Origin: Nemertoderma westbladi
Taxonomy: Eukaryota; Animalia; Xenacoelomorpha
Assembly (NCBI GenBank): GCA_032718475.1
Contig: JAUCBJ010007681.1
Coordinates: forward strand, 1 to 38,673
Reading direction: 5' to 3'
Length of the DNA: 38,673 bases
The notes under the pieces were generated by a model. It had not been told where the DNA came from. It ran no database searches and was given only the letters and a program-made list of their open reading frames with translations. Position numbers and translations under genes: made by a program. Each line of letters begins with the position of its first letter. The stretch's first letter is position 1. Below, in pieces: positions 35,315-38,673 of this stretch.

Positions 35315-37329
35315 CAGAGTATTGTGTGACACAGGCAGAGTGTATTGTGTGACACAGGCAGAGAATATTGCGTGACACAGGTAGAGAGTATTGTGTGGCA
35401 CAAGCAGAGAGTATTGTGTGTCACAGGCAGATATTATTGTGTGACACAAGCAGAGAGTATTGTGTGACACAGGCAGAGAGTATTGTGTGACACAAGCTGA
35501 TAGTATTGTGTGACACAGGTAGAGAGTATTCTGTGACACAGGTAGAGAGTATTGTGTGACACAGACAGAGAGTATTGTGTGACACAAGCTGATAGTATTG
35601 TGTGACACAGGCAGAGAGTGTTGAGTCACACACTCCGAGAGTATTGTGTGACACAGACAGAGAGTATTGTGTGACACAAGCTGATAGTATTGTGTGACAT
35701 AGACAGAGAGTATTGTGTGACACAAGCAGAGCGTCTTGTGTGACACAAGCAGGAGTATTGTGTGACACAGGCAGAGAGTATTGTGTGACACAAGCAGAGA
35801 GTATTGTGTGACACAGGCAGAGAGTATTGTATGACACAAGCTGATAGTATTGTGTGACACAGGCAGAGAGTATTGAGTCACACACTCAGAGAGTATTGTG
35901 TGACACAGGCAGAGAGTATTGTGTGACAGAAGCTGATAGTATTGTATGACACATACAGGGAGGATTGTGTGACCCAAGCAGAGCGTCTTGTGTGACACAG
36001 ACTGAGAGTATTGTGTGACACAAGCAGAGCGTATTGTGTGACAGAAGCAGGAGTATTGTGTGACGCAGGCAGAGAGTATTGTGTGACACCCGCAGACACA
36101 AGCTGATAGTATTGTGTGACACAGGCAGAGAGTATTGTGTGACACAGGCAGAGAGTATTGTGTGACACAGACAGAGAGTATTGTGTGACACAGGCAGAGA
36201 GTATTCTGTGACACAGGTAGAAAGTATTGTGTGACACAAGCAGAACGTATTGTGTGACACAGACAGAGAGTATTGTGTGACACAAGCAGAGCGTCTTGTG
36301 TGACACAAGCAGAGAGTATTGTGTGACACAGGCAGAGAGTATTGAGTCACACACTCAGAGAGTATTGTGTGACACAAGCTGATAGTATTGTGTGACACAG
36401 GCAGTGAGTATTAATTCACACACTCAGAGAGTATTGTGTCACACAGGCAGAGAGTATTGTGTGACACAAGGTAATAGTATTGTGTGACACAGACAGAGAG
36501 TATTGTGTGACACAAGCTGATAGTATTGTGTGACACAGGCAGAGAGTGTTGAGTCACACACTCCGAGAGTATTGTGTGACACAGACAGAGAGTATTGTGT
36601 GACACAAGCTGATAGTATTGTGTGACATAGACAGAGAGTATTGTGTGACACAAGCAGAGCGTCTTGTGTGACACAAGCAGGAGTATTGTGTGACACAGGC
36701 AGAGAGTATTGTGTGACACAAGCAGAGAGTATTGTGTGATACAGACAGGGAGTATTGTGTGACACAATCAGAGAGTATTGTGTAACACAGACAGAGAGTA
36801 TTGTGTGACACAAGCAGAGCGTCTTGTGTGACACAAGCAGATAGTATTGTGTGACATAGACAGAGAGTATTGTGTGACACAAGCAGAGCGTCTTGTGTGA
36901 CACAAGCAGATAGTATTGTGTGAAACAGGCAGAGAGTATTGTATGACACAAGCTGATAGTGTTGTGTGACACAGGCAGAGAGTATTGAGTCACACACTCA
37001 GAGATTATTGTGTAACACAAACAGAGAGTATTGTGTGACACAAGCAGAGCGTCTTGTGTGACACAAGCAGATAGTATTGTATGACACAGGCAGAGAGTAT
37101 TGAGTCACACACTCAGAGAGTATTGTGTGACACAAGCTGATAGTATTGTGTGACACAGGCAGAGAGTATTGTGTGACACAAGCTGATACTATTGTGTGAC
37201 ACAGGCAGAGAGTATGGAGTCACACACTCAGAGAGTATTGTGTGACACAGGCAGAGAGTATTGTGTAACACAAGCTGATAGTGTTGTGTGACACATACAG
37301 TGGTTATTGTGTAACCCAAGCAGACACTG
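35315..37329. repeat. 23-bp minisatellite, ~85 copies
   Basis: Unit agagagtattgtgtgacacaggc with recurrent variants. It explains the Cys/His-rich minus-strand ORFs. Confidence 0.97.
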
Positions 37330-38403
37330 GTTATTGAGAAAGTAATTCTAGAACGCTGCTTCAAATATTTAGATACTACATATAACCAGTTTGGCTTCAA
37401 GCCTAAACTCGGAACTGAAACATGTATATACACTCTGAAGGAAATAGTGAACTACTATCTCAATAACAATTCTTCTGTTTATGTATGCATGTTAGACGCA
37501 TCTAAAGCGTTTGATCGTGTCAACCATTTCAAATTGTTTCGCAAACTGATAGACCGTGGTGTACCATTATACATTGTTCGCATTATTATGTTTTGGTATC
37601 GTAACCAACTAGTGCGTGTCTGTTGGGATGGGTTTTTCTCACCATCCTTTTCTGTAACTAACGGAACTAGACAAGGTAGTATTATTTCACCATTGCTCTA
37701 TAATATTTACATTGATGAGTTAAGTAAGGAATTAAATAGTAGCGGTATAGGTTGTTCTATATGTTCACTTAGGTTAAATCACTTAATTTATGCCGACGAC
37801 TTATGTTTGATCTCAAACTCCATTTTTGGTCTGCAGAAATTAATAGATATAGCCGTAGCCTATGCTACGTCTAACTCTATTATATTCAATACTAAGAAAA
37901 CGAAGTGTTTATACTTCATTCATAAATCGTGTGCGTTAACCTCTGTCGCTAGAGTCAAATTGTATGGTTCCAACATAGAAACTGTTGATAAGTTTAACTA
38001 TTTAGGGCACGTTATTAGCTCGTCCACTGACGATGACCTAGATATTATACGACAGATGCATCAACTGTACGCCAGAGGGAATACTCTGGCTAGAAAGTTT
38101 TGCCATGCGTCTGTCTATGTTAAAACTGCACTTTTTCGTGCTTACTGTACCCCAATATACTGCAACAGCCTATGGGCTAGTAAGAACTACTCACATCGTG
38201 CGTACGATAAGATTAGGGTAGCTTACAATAATTGTGCTAGGCTACTGTTTAATATCCCTAGGCTCACCGGTGAAGAACCTACAAGTATGTCACTTTCTTT
38301 TGGCGAACTACGTTTGCCTATGTTTTTTCACATTACTTATAGATCCTCACAAAGCCTATTAAATAGAATACTACATTCTTACAACACTATCTTAGGTTTT
38401 TGA
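37330..38403 (+). mobile_element. 5'-truncated LINE reverse transcriptase ORF (RTE-X-like), open across the fragment
   Basis: VIEKVIL...NQFGFK...LDASKAFDRVNH...NGTRQGSIISP...YADDL...FNYLGH. The frame is open from 37330 to the stop at 38403. There is no APE domain. Confidence 0.92.
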
Positions 38404-38563
38404 TGAGGGAAATCTTAATAGAATAATGAACGATATCGCCAAAGAAATAATTTTCCACTTCATTTCAAATCAAATTAATATTAAATTAAACAATAACAAA
38501 TACATAATACATAATACTGTAATAAGACATACAGACATAAACCAACGTTTCAACTAAAGTCCC

Positions 38564-38673
38564 CCTAAAGTACATAAAGATAATATTCCAATGAGGCCTA
38601 TTATTTCATCTATTCATACTCCAGCCTACAATTTAGCTAAGTACCTAGTACCACTGATGACAGGCATTACTGA
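38564..38673 (+). pseudogene. Penelope-like element reverse transcriptase fragment, runs off the window
   Basis: PKVHKDNIPMRPIISSIHTPAYNLAKYLVPL matches the PLE RT motif PKxHKxxxPxRPIxS...YxLAKYL. Confidence 0.9.

Noticed and set aside
35294-37433. Cys/His-rich ORFs resembling zinc fingers or metallothionein
   Set aside because: They are artefacts of a 23-bp unit cycling through frames.

Overview
This is eukaryotic DNA, most likely from an invertebrate animal. It is intergenic or intronic, and I see no recognisable intact host gene, no prokaryotic genes and no CRISPR array. A little over half of the window (about 21 kb) is unrelated tandem arrays with periods of 51, 14, 73, about 161, 42, 61, 222, 42 and 23 bp. 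These arrays produce nearly all the long ORFs in the track. The rest is a nest of transposable elements: a disrupted RTE LINE carrying a tRNA-derived SINE, RTE-X-like, L2 and Penelope-like (PLE) fragments, a composite hAT MITE with an 8-bp TSD, and MULE-like and Harbinger-like MITEs. Four observations stand out. (1) Two Penelope-type minimal hammerhead ribozymes show covarying stems. (2) At least two minisatellites are in-frame amplifications of retroelement coding motifs (L2 LHWLPV and a PLE linker), apparently seeded at microhomologies. (3) TACWGTA heptamers, the Tc1/mariner excision footprint, are strongly enriched. (4) A co-oriented dispersed ~55-bp motif occurs six times. Family assignments rest on motif recall by eye, not on database searches.
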